Positions 23,336-35,995 of a stretch of DNA of 64,000 nucleotides are shown in pieces. Below the pieces are notes generated by a model. It was not told the DNA's origin. It ran no database searches and saw only the letters and a program-made list of their open reading frames with translations. The first letter of the stretch is position 1, and the number at the start of each line of letters is the position of its first letter. Source of the DNA: Tubiluchus corallicola (Eukaryota > Animalia > Priapulida); the NCBI GenBank assembly GCA_030141605.1, contig JAQGDQ010000029.1, positions 868,001 to 932,000 of the forward strand, in the 5' to 3' direction. The translations under genes and the position numbers were made by a program.

Positions 23336-24693
23336 GAATGTTTCTATTGTATTATAATTTATTTTTAATGTATATTCTTAATGAATGTGAACTAAAAATA
23401 GAAATAAAATAAAATGTCGCAGAATGTACTGACTTGTACATCGATTGACCATTTATAATGTCTTACCTGGCAAATTGCTAGAGCTGCAGTGCAGTTTCTG
23501 TATTGGTAACTGCTCAGAATATTAATAAAGATCTTGGAAGAAGTCAAAGAAATTCTTTCAAATAGCAGCAAGCAGTCCTTTATTTTTACAAAATGGCGTA
23601 GGGGCTATTGTATACTTATTAATACCATGCAAATGCATTAGTAGTTATTTCCCACTTTTCTCACCTTTTTAGCTTCAGTTCTTCAGTTTTTCACATTCAC
23701 GCATAGCCAAACACGCTAGTTTGATTTTTCAATCTAGAAGTTTTCCAAAATGCTTATCATTGTCCTGTTAATAATTACTCTGATATTATTAACGAAGATG
23801 TTCACTGTTGTACACTGCTTTTAAAAGAAAGTTAAAAGGAAATGTATTAAAATTTTAAGAATCACTGCTTAAAATATTTAAGAACGCTTCCTAAAATATA
23901 AAAATTCTTTGTTTTCTGCAAAACTCGAAAATACAGCTTAATTCGTACCGTTTGCATTCAGGGGAAAAGGCATGACAGTGGGTGACATGCTCAATGGAAT
24001 TTTGGGAGTGTCCCGCACACCACCTACCTTCCTATGTTTTTCTGTAGGTATGCACATGAACAAGATGTTATCTCACCCAGTTTACCTGGATTGCTCTGCT
24101 TCTAATCTTTTAATGAGTAGTATGAAAGCTTCCCATATAGTGGTTCACAAATAGGCGTGTGCCTGGGTTCCAACAGAAGAGAAAATCAGCGACCAAGAAA
24201 AATTTTCTCGCAAAATGTTGAAAGATTTGGCGCCTGTTTTGAATGCTTGGGGTAATTTCAACACAAAAGTCAGGGTTACCTGGATTATAGTTCACAGTTT
24301 GTTGATATTATAGCTGATTACTGAAGATAGCGGTTTTGAAGATAGAGAAGATAGATACTGAAGATATAGAAACATATATATATAGTTGTGTGTCAAATAT
24401 CTATATCTGGTAACAAGTTCATTGGTGGTTGTTTTATGACTGGGTGCGTGTTTGCTTATACAGATCGAAGTCATCTAAAGTTTATGGCTTAACATCCTAC
24501 TCTTCTGGACAGACCTAATAATTTCACGTGCAAAGAGAAATGGGCACAAAATGTAAGATTTGGTTCCCTTTCAATACTTTTGATGTATATGTAAGCACCA
24601 AGTCTTAAATGTGCCCGCACGCTTACAGCGTGGAGTAATATGCATTTACCTGGCAGTCATTAAAGTTAAACTATCTCTGTTTGTAGTTTGCAG

Positions 24694-25085
24694 TTATTAC
24701 TCACGCCGACGGTGGTCTGTGCGTGGGGAGGGCGTTAAGTCGCATCTCCGTGTTTGGCTGTCTGCCTATCCGCACGATCAAAAGGCTGATATTTAATAAA
24801 CTTGGCACAGGAATAGGTCTGGGAAACACCTGGAAATCCATTGCTTTTTGTTCAAAATGTGAAAGGTCAAGATCGCAAAGATAAAAGTGTTAATAATATC
24901 AACAGGTTAATAATCATGAATTTAACACAAGGATAGAGAGTATTGGTACGACCTGGTAACCCATTACTTTTTGATTTAAAAGGTCACAGTTACAGGATCG
25001 AAAAATGTCAAAATAAATTTTCATCCATAACGACTTCATGTCAGGTCGTGGGTCAGCCTGAACTTCTGTTGAGTGCCATCTCGTT
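24694..25085 (+). mobile_element. Non-autonomous Helentron/DINE-1-like element
   Basis: TTATTACTCACGCCGAC start; decayed (GTCT)n tract; AAACTTGGCAC and AAAGGTCA motifs; subterminal inverted partner GTCGTGGG near the 3' end; ends in a T-run. Confidence 0.6.
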
Positions 25086-25107
25086 TTATTGTGGTGTAGT
25101 TATGATA

Positions 25108-25597
25108 GAGGGTGGTACACAATCTTTTGCTAGGGGGCATACAAACAAGAAATACTAGTACAGAACAATTATTTGCAGCAAAGTATTATTCAAACGATTG
25201 CGACACCCCCCTCCCTCCCCCATCATGCCCTCAGAATTTAGTGTGGAAATCTCGCGTGTCTGGCCTGATCGGAGCAGTATACTGAAAATTTTTTTATCGG
25301 GATGAATGGCATGAAAATTCATCGGATCTCAACTCGATATACACACTGGATGAAGGATAAATAGTCACTTAGATGATACAAGAACATGCCATTGATTTCA
25401 TGCCGATCTTGAGTGTGCGAGACAGTGTTCCGATCATCATATTCCCAAGATTGCAGGCTGTGCACCAAACACTCCACACTAAACTTGAGGATACGATAGA
25501 ATCGTAATTATTTTTGCAAAACTTTGATGTAATAAATTATTCTGTACTATTAGTGATTGCTTCTGTACCCCCTAGCAAAATGTTACGTACCACCCTG
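25108..25597. mobile_element. Tc1/mariner-type MITE with long imperfect inverted repeats
   Basis: TA|GAGGGTGGTACACAATCTTTTGCTAGGGGG pairs with CCCCCTAGCAAAATGTTACGTACCACCCTG|TA; TA flanks at 25106 and 25598; inverted similarity continues inward for more than 100 bp. Confidence 0.85.
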
Positions 25598-28500
25598 TAC
25601 TTTTTGTTTTATAAAGAGCACTTGATGCCGAGTGAATTATTTGTAAAGCTTTATGCTTAACACCTTGATATTTCAAGTGATATTTTTACTTGTTAAAATT
25701 ACGGTTATCTTAAACAGGTACAAGAATGACAATAGCAGTAATAGGAAATAACAATTTTGTTTTTTTTTTTATAAAATTTCATTACTCTGTAGCCGAGAAC
25801 AAAATTGTTGCACAGCTATAGGCCTTGGCCTACATATAGTCTGCCCTGCCTGAAAAAATAGAATGTTTAAGAAGTGAAAGTCATAAACATCAGATCAAGC
25901 CATCATACATTTACAAACTCCAAAGAAGCGGCTATAATACGTTTATACGTGTAATTAAATAAGCTTTACATTAATTAGGCTGTGATTCCGCATTTTCTGC
26001 TTAGTGAGTATTTTCAAAGGAATAAAGGCACAGAAATGATGAAAAGGGAAAGAAAATGCAACTAATAGTATCGTGAGCAGATTTCATACGTGCATTAACA
26101 ATGATAAAAACCTGTGCAATTCTTTATAATTAATTTATAAGATACTGGAAATGGTTCGAATAATGTTAACATCACGTACAAGTAGTAAAACATTTTGAAC
26201 ATTAGCAAACTGATAACTTTGAAGAAACTGCCAAATTCTGCAGGGCCAGAGATTAGGAACTTCTTCAACAGAGTCAGGCGTAAACCTTCACTGGCTTTTT
26301 AAAACAAACGTTCTTATTTCAAGGTTTAATTTTTCATTTTGCTTTTTATTGTTTCGCTGCTAAATTAGAAGAAATGAGTTGAAATTATTTTTGCTCCATT
26401 CTTGAAAATTAACTTTTATATTATACCTACTTATGTATGTTACATTAAGATTCTCGAACAATTATTTCAGCAATATCGCGAATAGTGTAAAAGTTAGCGA
26501 GTTTTGTGATGGCACATGGCTAACTTATTCATTATAAATCCAAACTTCGTTAATTTTGTGCAGTAAATTTAATAAAGTTCATCACAAACATGTGACGAAA
26601 CCCAATAAAATTCGCGCCATTTATGCACTTCTAAGCAATATAAATTTTGACTTGTTTTTTGGCAAGAGGGCATGATTAGTCTATTGACACCAGAACGCCA
26701 ACTATGTAAAGTATTACATGCTTGGCTAAGCTTGATATGCGCCGCTCACGTACCGCTGTATAATTTACTACCGCCAACGCGATTGTTGCAGTTTTACCTG
26801 GCCGGTACTTCGCTTTGATCTGGGTTTCCACAGGTGATACCGAAAATTGTTTACGAGTTGGACACTACAAATTATTGTAGTGTGTTTGAAATTAATGTGG
26901 CATTGTGGAAATTTGTTAGGAATTGTCCTTCGAATTCTTGCCAGTTGAAGCAAGTTCTTAGTTCACTTCTTGGTTTTAGTCTGACTCAATTTAGACTTGT
27001 GTCTCAGTTTGACTCAGCGTGGTGGTGTTGATACTGTAATTTCTGTATTATATTATCGACTGTTATTTGCGTATTCGTATGTTATCGTAATTATTACCTA
27101 CAAAACGTTAGAAGTACAAGCCAGTGTTTTTCCAATTTTAGCAGGTAAGTACAAATACAAAATGATTTTAGTTCTGAAGTTGTTCAAACATTTACTAAAA
27201 AATCTAACAGAGAGATAAGCCCGTTAATCATAATGTTTAAAGGCAACTTTTAGCTGTCAAGAAAGCTACGCTAACAAAACTATAGGCGCCTTTTCGAGAA
27301 TTTGCTGCTAATAACTATCGAAAATTGTTCTTATTTACGTAAATAATGAATACGAGCAGACAAACAAAAACAAAAGAACCTTAATTTTTGCTACTAGTAC
27401 GTTTAACGTTAGAAACACAATTAGACTTACATTCAGTAAGAAAAATGATGTATTGCAAGTACAATCACAGAGCAGGCACGCTTATTATATTATTTATAAC
27501 GGTTATATAATGGCTAGGTCTACAGTGTACCAGAAAACATAGCCTTATTTACAGTCTATTTTAGACACTTCTAGGTTTGAATTATTTATTGACATGTGAG
27601 GTTCACTCAACTTAACTACCGTGAACAACTATAAGCCCTGTCGTAAAACTAGTGCATCTAGAACAAAAAGGCAAATGAGATTCCATAATTACAATATTTT
27701 GTGCCCAGCAGACCCAGTGCTAAAACATTCACACAAGCATACTGTGTGTCGTATAACTCACGACTTACACGCTGGGTGACAGGACTAACCAAGTCACAAG
27801 TAATGATCGATTGCCGTCGTATTAATCAACTTACGATGATCGATCGTTTTGACGGCATAAAATACAGTACATATAGATAGAATTTTAAAACAGATTTAAG
27901 TGGAGACTAGGCCTTTAACCTGAAGTGGTGAATTCTGGCAAGCTACGTCTTTTATGTATGTGTCGCACATTCAGTATAAGCATAACAGCTGCTAAAACGG
28001 TTGAATCATAAGTGAACCATGAACCGTGCACCAAAATTTTGCAACAGTTGTAATGTCTATTAAAAAGTTATTGTTGCGTAAGCTGGTATAAATTTTCTTT
28101 GGCATATTATTTAATACTCTAGCTGATACGTGGATAACGTGAAACTCCGTGCATGCAAAAGTCTCCTTTGATAAAAGTAACAATAATTTAATGCAATAAT
28201 AAGAAAGTTATAAATGCCTAACAAAAACAGTTTAATATTCGTGAACGTTCTAACGTATTATATTCTTATTACGCTCTCATGTAGTAGTTACCAGCTAAGA
28301 AAGTGGAGTAAATAGTAATTAAAGGCAAAGACATCACTTAGCGTCTTCAAACTTTTTTCCAGCCATAGTTACTCTTCCCAGAAGATTAAAAAAGGTGCAT
28401 TATTTATATTATTCACCTAACCTTATTTATTTAACCTATTTCGTTATTTATTGACTAATCCTTGTGCATAATTTTGCTAATGTATCTAAGTATGAATAAA

Positions 28501-31500
28501 CAATAATAATATGAATAATAATAAAATCGTGACTGTGCCTGATACAATTAAAATTGTTGCTCTGAAATTCTCTGTATATGACTATATTTTAATTTGCGAT
28601 TAGTAGACAAGTTGTTTTCTAATCTGGATTTACCAAAAATTCGATTCCAGCCGCTCGAATATTTTTTTGGATTACAGTCACTATAATATAATTATCTATG
28701 GCTGTGGTAAACAATCAGAACATTTACTTTTTTTAGCCAGAATTATTTTCTGATTATAGTTTTCAATTTAAAAGATGGCGTGCACACTGTTTCTGTTAAA
28801 CTCTTTTGCTTCTTAAGAAAATGTTAATTTATGGTGAAAATTCCAAAACGTTTTATTCCGTAATCGATTTACAGTAGTTACTGGAAAATGATTAATATCA
28901 AAACGCCATTTTAGTTCTGTAAGTCGAAAGCTTAGTGTTGGTGTTTGAAAAACTACTATCAGTGTATATGTGTAAAACCAATTTGCATCTCCGGGGATCA
29001 AATACTTTTGGAATCTCAATAATAAGTGTAGTTTATTGCATTCATGGTTATCAACATCTTCTGGTTTAGATCATATCCGCTCTTTTCCGTTTGGAAGAAA
29101 ATGAAAAGGGTATAATTTCATTACTTGTATCAGTACATTGGCACAGAAATGTACAATAGAGTGCGTAATTACATACTGGTCAAGATTGAAGACTTATAAG
29201 GTCAAGAATACGAGCCAATATCTGCTCAATGGTTCACTGCACAGATTATAGTCGTGTTTTCGTTCGGTTGTGATTTTGACGTAATTCAAGAAAAACAAAA
29301 ACAAGTGGAATTGCTGTTGTGAATAGCCGCTCTGTGGTTTTAAGACGCCTTGGAATTCGCCTTATCTTGAGAAGTGTGAATAGACCTGGTTTAGTTTATC
29401 CCCTGATAGAGGTTGTTTTATGCGATTTTTTAACACGCGGTATAATTCTTCGTGATGAATGAGGTTGAGGTTCAAAGGAGAGACGGAGAGATTTCCCTGT
29501 CGATAGCTTCTGTTTCTTTCTTTTGAAGATTTTCTGTAAACCTTGGCTTGGCTGTGTACAGGACCTATGAGAAAGTGTTCAGCCGGAACCCGCAAAGCCA
29601 CATAAGGATATCTGAATCTATTAACTCATTTATGCCCTTCATGTTCAACTGTGGCTATGCATTTATATAATCACTTATTTAATGTTATACCTCAAATACC
29701 ATTTGAGTTTTTTAAATGAGAGTTTTGGGTCTATAGCTGCTAGAAAACGAACTGAACAGTGGATTTTCAATATTAATATGTTACACCATAAACATTATTA
29801 AAATTAAATTCGGAATTGATAGTTTCAGGTCTGTTTGTAGCAGCTAGAAAACAAGATTAAAACGATGGGTTTTTAGTGTCAGTACTTTCGAGACCCTCGT
29901 GTATGGGAGCTATGTGATTGTGAAGTCGTCTAAAATGCCCAAGAACACGTGTGATCCGTCTGCATAAACAAGGCTGAAGCCGCTGAACCTAAAGTATAGA
30001 GCACCTGCGTTTTAATTTTTTATCACACGAATCCTCACTGATGCCTGTAGCTATTCGTGTAATATGAAAGAATTAATAAATCATTTTATATTATTGTGTA
30101 ATGGATGTCGGCTGTTTATTTTTCGATTTAGACCAGTTCAACTCGACACTTCTATTACTGTGACTTGTATCATAAGAGACTTCTCACACACCCTTGGGCA
30201 ATGCAGAGTAAGCGCAGTTTATGGCTAAAAGGTGTCCAAATTTATGGGGCAATAAAATAAACTTGAACGTGTTATTATGATGTACATTCCAGGGAAATTA
30301 TCCGGACAGTTTGAATCGCACGCTGTATCCAACAAAATTGCTATGGCCATTTTTGGGAAGGATCCATGTTTATCATGTTTTTCTTAAAAACCCCATAAAT
30401 CACCGCCCTAATATCTGTTGCTAATTACTATTACTGCTGCTGCTGCTGCTTGTTCCTGACCATAGGTGAATTTTAATAATTTAAAAAGTCAAGACAAAAG
30501 TAACATTGAACCGTTAAACGACTGATGGTGTCAACTGATGGTTTTTGCTTTCAGGGCTAATCTTCAAATGTTGCGTCTAAATTAAACACTACTGATGTAC
30601 GTCTTTATAAGAAAGTAGTTGAAAGGAAAGTTTGGATAAAGAGTAATTTTTCTGCATGTACGGTAAACCTGAACTTAATCGCTAGAAGAATGTACGGGCA
30701 TCGACTTTTCTCTTTAACAGTGATTGCTCAGTTAACTGGAAAAGGTCAGTTTATATAAGCTTACGCTGCGAACGTTTGCTGTTATTGCATTTGGAAAGTG
30801 AAACTCATAAATCTTGGACAATCAGTTTAAACTAAGTGACATTCGACGCTTGCGACAGTGTTAGCCCCGGTCTAGATACCCGCCCAGAGGAAAGGTGCAC
30901 TTTTTTGCCAACCATTAAGCTCACTCTCCTGTCCTCCCTCTCATAATTTAATGGCTGCTTTGACAATGCTTTGATCTCGCCGCCAAAGAACCTGGCATTC
31001 ATTGGGGAGTGAAATTTGAAAACGGATGCCGCAAAATCCTCTACACTGATAGCGAGCTATTGCAGTGGTTTGGTGGAAAGATTTAAGTCAGAAAATCTTC
31101 AGATTTGGTTTTTGACTAACCAGTCCCAGTGCCTGTATTCTTTTATTTCCTTCCTAGCCAGTTTGTCAATTTGTGGTTCTTATTCATTTTGGAATTGACT
31201 GACTGACTAACATTCCGTTGTTAATGACATCAGCAAATAATAAAGAAAAAACAGTAGCAAGCAATGTATTACTAGCCACTGGTATCAGATATACGTGTAC
31301 TCGTGTAAGCGTTCTAGCGCTATCTGAAATTTCAACATTGTTATTTTTAAAGTTTCTAGTCTAGTGGATTTTGGTTTGAATGATTTTCAAATGATGATTT
31401 GTACTCAGTATATTAAAACCTAGAAAGATCAAAGGATCAACCATTTTCCTTTGCGGATTTTACGCATTCTACAAAAATTACTACAAGGTGTTTGCACGAA

Positions 31501-33529
31501 TTCTTGCTTGAGAAAAGACAGGTAAGAAACTTTTGCGAGTAGTGGGTACCATGTGTATAATAGACAAGCGCAACATCTCGCAAAACCATATAACAACATT
31601 TCATTAATTCTTTGCAGTAATCTATCAAGTAACCTTGGACGTGAAAAATCAATGTATCTCATTGTCAAGTTACGAGCACAAGAATTTATTATTCTTGATA
31701 TTATGTAGGCGTAAAATATAACTATATCTGCATTCAAGATGTTCCGGGCAGTATGTTGGGAACACCCAATCAGAACAAGTTGATTTTTCTTCGAAACACA
31801 CCCATGTAGCTTGAGTCAATTTTAACGTCTTTTATCCGTTCTGTTTGCTCTGCTAAGCGTTTGTTGACCATACTCAAGGATTAACGAAAAACATGCCATC
31901 AAAACAGCACAAAAACTAAATGTAGAAGTAGAGTTACTTCGATGAGGTGTCGTTCAGAACATTCCCAGTTACACATAGCATAAGCAATTCTAAATTCATT
32001 TACAAAGTCTCTAGTAGTTAACTTGGAACATGATTATTTTTTTTTTAATCTCAGACCGCAATGACTGTTCCAAACGAAGCCATGTAAACCAGAAGAAAAC
32101 TTTGTAAATCTGTGCGAAACCCTCTAAACTTTAGCAAAATCGTCTGAAACTGAAGTCCTATACACGCGACCGAACTCTTCGATTTTATTTATTTATTTAT
32201 TAATGAAACCACTTAAACTCTGTATGTAATTTGAGCGCCTTTATGCATGCGTAAAATTCTCCGAATGTAATTGAATGGATATGAAACCATTCGAAATATC
32301 CTTTGAAATCAAACCCTTTTAAATTCATCCAGATTTCGTGGAGCAATTTTTAAACCAGTATATTTTATATCTGAATCTTTACGAAATTATTCAGGCACAT
32401 GTAAAATCATGCATCTACATGTTGCGAAATATTCTCTATGTTTCTGCTAAGTCATCGTGATTGTGAACAAGAGCATTCCAGCTTGAATTCCTTGCAGGCA
32501 CGCTTAGTGCTTGCAGTCTTGGGTTCGAGACCAACGGCTGCCAACGCTGTGCATTGACTCTACATATTATTCGTTATTAATTTATAACTACAGACTTACA
32601 TGTATCGTTTATGTATAAGTTGCTAAATAGTCATTAGTGATAATGTTGTCTATTAAATGAGCGACCGTAAATGAATATCGATTTTACTTTTCTTTTTGAA
32701 AAAAGTTATCTGAACGTGAAAGAAATAATTTTTGTCTTTAAAGCGCGTGTAACTTGCTGCGTCCTCAAACTTCAGTTCGCTGGTTCAACTCTGGTCGCGG
32801 TTGATCTATTTTGTTCGCAGGATTGTCACAATATGTAAACTAATTATAATAATATGATATGTAAAACAATTTTAATAAATTAATTATATGTTTTAGCAAT
32901 CGCGGCTTAAATTGTAAACTAAAATAAAATTCAGTTATTAGCCTTCGAAGTTAACAGCAATCTTGATTTACCATGAAATTAGCAATCAATGTGACAATTA
33001 TCGTGCTTGTCGTAACACAGTAAAGTAATTGAAAATCGACAACTGCCGGGCAGTCTCAATGAGCGCACAGTGCAACAGCAAATTCCTTAGTTAATGGTTG
33101 TTGTATAACCTTGATTATTCTGTACACCATTTAATTACTACCAGTTCAAATCGCTTCATATAATAGACACCGCTGTGAGTTAAGAAAAGCGAATCTTGTT
33201 GTTTCGCCCCTTTTGTTCAGAAGAATTTCTGGTTCTCTAAAGTCTATGCCACCCGACGTTTTACTTTCATAACGTATTTGTTCAAAATGTGAAAGTGAAA
33301 AGTTGATTTGAGTGTTTTCTCACGTTTCGCGAAGACACCCTGCGAGTACAGTACTTGAATTTAAGCATGTGGTAGATGCTTATCTGCAAATGGCGCTGGG
33401 CAAAGTAACAAGTGTACGTCTGGTCTCTAAAAGAAATATTATTTTAGTTTTCTTTCTGTACTTCTTGGAGTAACCATTTCTCAGGCTATTCACTTTTATC
33501 TCTGTCATTATCGTGTATAAGACTGATGA

Positions 33530-33670
33530 ACAAATTTATCAATTCCAAAATCCAGACTACTTTCATTGTTATAATGTTAATGTTATTTGAAAAAGTTTGA
33601 ATACAGTCTAGATTTGAACCAGGGGCTTTGTGCGTAGATTGCAGACGCTTTAGATCAGTAGGGAAACGCA
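33530..33670 (-). mobile_element. tRNA-like repeat fragment related to the core of the 60976-61154 element
   Basis: Minus strand GCACAAAGCCCCTGGTTCAAATCTAGACTGTATTCAAACTTTTTCAAAT aligns with GCAGAAGGTCCGTGATTCAAATCCTGGCTGTATTCCAGCTTTTTTTTCAAAT at about 61044-61095. Confidence 0.55.
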
Positions 33671-34393
33671 TTCACCGGTGATCAAGCCAGTCCGAAGTCA
33701 CCTATTTTAGCTGAGCGCCCAAATTCAGCATTTAGGGCAACCAAATGTGGCATACCTGCTTATACATGTGTTTACAAAAGTCCAATGCGCAACATTAGCT
33801 GGTTCGACTCTTTCAGACAAGACGACTAGAAGTTATGTGACGGTTACTTTGTTTACAAATATACTGCATTTATTGATATTCCCTGTATGCCGCAAATACT
33901 TTTATAACTCTTGTTTCATTTCTGGCACATCTTCGATTCTATTTTAAAATGAGGTGTGTGTTACAAATCAATTGTTCGTCCAAAGGAGTTTATAATGTTT
34001 GGCCTACTAAAATCATTGACTTTAGATTCTGAAACAAAGAAATCACTTATAGAATGCAAGTGCCATAATGACATAAAACTTCAACGATTAATATATTTTT
34101 ATCTGGCTGTGAGCAAACAAAATTTCTAAAGTTACTTAAGGCCTATATGTAGTAATACAGTAAATTTCCAAATGAATGTGACTCGATGGACCTTCTTAGG
34201 TTTATATAGCTGTTCTGCATAAAGCTGAAACTTCAATTTTTGCAAAAAGAAACATATGATTATAAATGACATCGTATTTAAAAACCTTGTTGCTGCAAAA
34301 AGTGTACTTTTACCAGTTCTGATCCTGGTATAACAAATCATAACATTCCCTTTTGTCTGTTTAAGTTTTTTTGCTATAGAAATTATAGAAATC

Positions 34394-34472
34394 TGCTATT
34401 TTTATCCTGGCCATTTTTCCTGTGCCATTTTTAACTGTGCCACTTTTACCTGAGCCATTTTTACCTAGTTCG
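34394..34472 (-). repeat. End fragment of the subterminal-repeat DNA element family
   Basis: About 5 copies of a TGTGCCATTTTTACC-like 14-15-mer; terminus reads CGAACTAGGTAAAA on the minus strand. Confidence 0.7.
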
Positions 34473-35911
34473 TTTTGTATATTGGTAAAAATGCAATCGC
34501 AATATGCGCATGCAAGTTCAGTCAATTGCACGCAAAAGTACTTAACTTTAATAAGTGCTTTCACTTTTTATAATACTACTATATGCAATTACAGCAGAAA
34601 AACGTAATAACTGTACAAAACCGTGCATTATTTCGCAAAAGTGAGAATGTTTTGTTCGGTTAACAATTTAAGCTTCAATAATACTTTTTTCACATGTATC
34701 ATCACCTAATTGTTATTCTCAGTGGCAAGGATATAATTATTGTGAGTGACCTACTTCTCTAACTAAAAGTTAAGCCCTTCTTCAATATCATCACATATTT
34801 TCCGAGTTGTCTGCTATGTAAGGAGCTTTTGTTTTAAACGTTTGCTTAATAATTTTTTTAGTGTTTTGAAATTGTTAGAAAAATATAATGAACTGGCTAA
34901 GTCTGACGAATGGAAAGAGCATTACTAATGTGATATTATATAGAATAGACATTTACGAGCATTCTGCTTATGGTTAAGATGTAATTATTATACAAAGTTG
35001 TTGAGGAATAGCTTGCAACTCCCATTTAGGCCTATAATAATTGTACATGCTTCTACTGTGTTTAACATATTTGGGTATTTTGTATATATACATATACATA
35101 TATATGTAAATATAGATATAAATTTTGAATTAAGATAATAATAATTTATTAAGATTAAATTGTAACTAACTAATGAACAAAATCTAGCTAGCCAGCCGGC
35201 CGACCAACCCAAAAACTGCAGAGGGATCTCAGATTCTCAGTAAAGGATCTTATAGCTGCCTTCTGGAAGCACTATAAGATTTTCGAATGTGCAATGCGAA
35301 ATCGACAAAAAATGGATAGCAAAAATTATTTTCTGTTCTTCCACTTTGTGAAACGTATAAACTTTTACTGCAAAATCACAAAAGCCCAAAGTTCTAGTGA
35401 ACATTATGGTCATTACCCGAAACCTTGTCAGACATTTATTATTCTGATTAAAATTGTTCATTTTCAACAGAACACAGATAAGATAACGTCAAAATAAAGA
35501 ACTGAACCATTTTGCTGTAGTCGACAAAAACGAAAACCAATTTACACGTAATTATACGCTATCTATCCAGTTATTATACTTGTTAAGGTATGAATGGTCT
35601 GAACCAAGACCTGACACCCACTCCTATTGTGAGGTCATTTCTACTGACCACCGAATCTGTGCAGTATTCTTCCAAAGGCCCCGCTTAGTCATGAAAGGAT
35701 TAACTGAACTCCTTTTACACAATGAACAATAAGTACCTGAAATGCGTGTATTGTACTAGGTGTTGTAATCTAATAAGGTATTTCGAAAACAAACTAAGGA
35801 TTAACAAGTTTATGGTATTTTTGCTTGCAGCGTTTATAGTAGGGTTATTTCAAATCTGAACTACTTCTGTTTAACATATCTGCTGATGCCCCACGTTTCC
35901 TTTGCATTTGA

Positions 35912-35995
35912 ATCATCATCGTTGTCGTCTACGTCATCATCATCATCATCATCATCATCATCACCATCATAATCATCGTCATAATTATCATCATT
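35912..35995. repeat. (CAT)n microsatellite, imperfect
   Basis: Directly visible. Confidence 0.9.
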
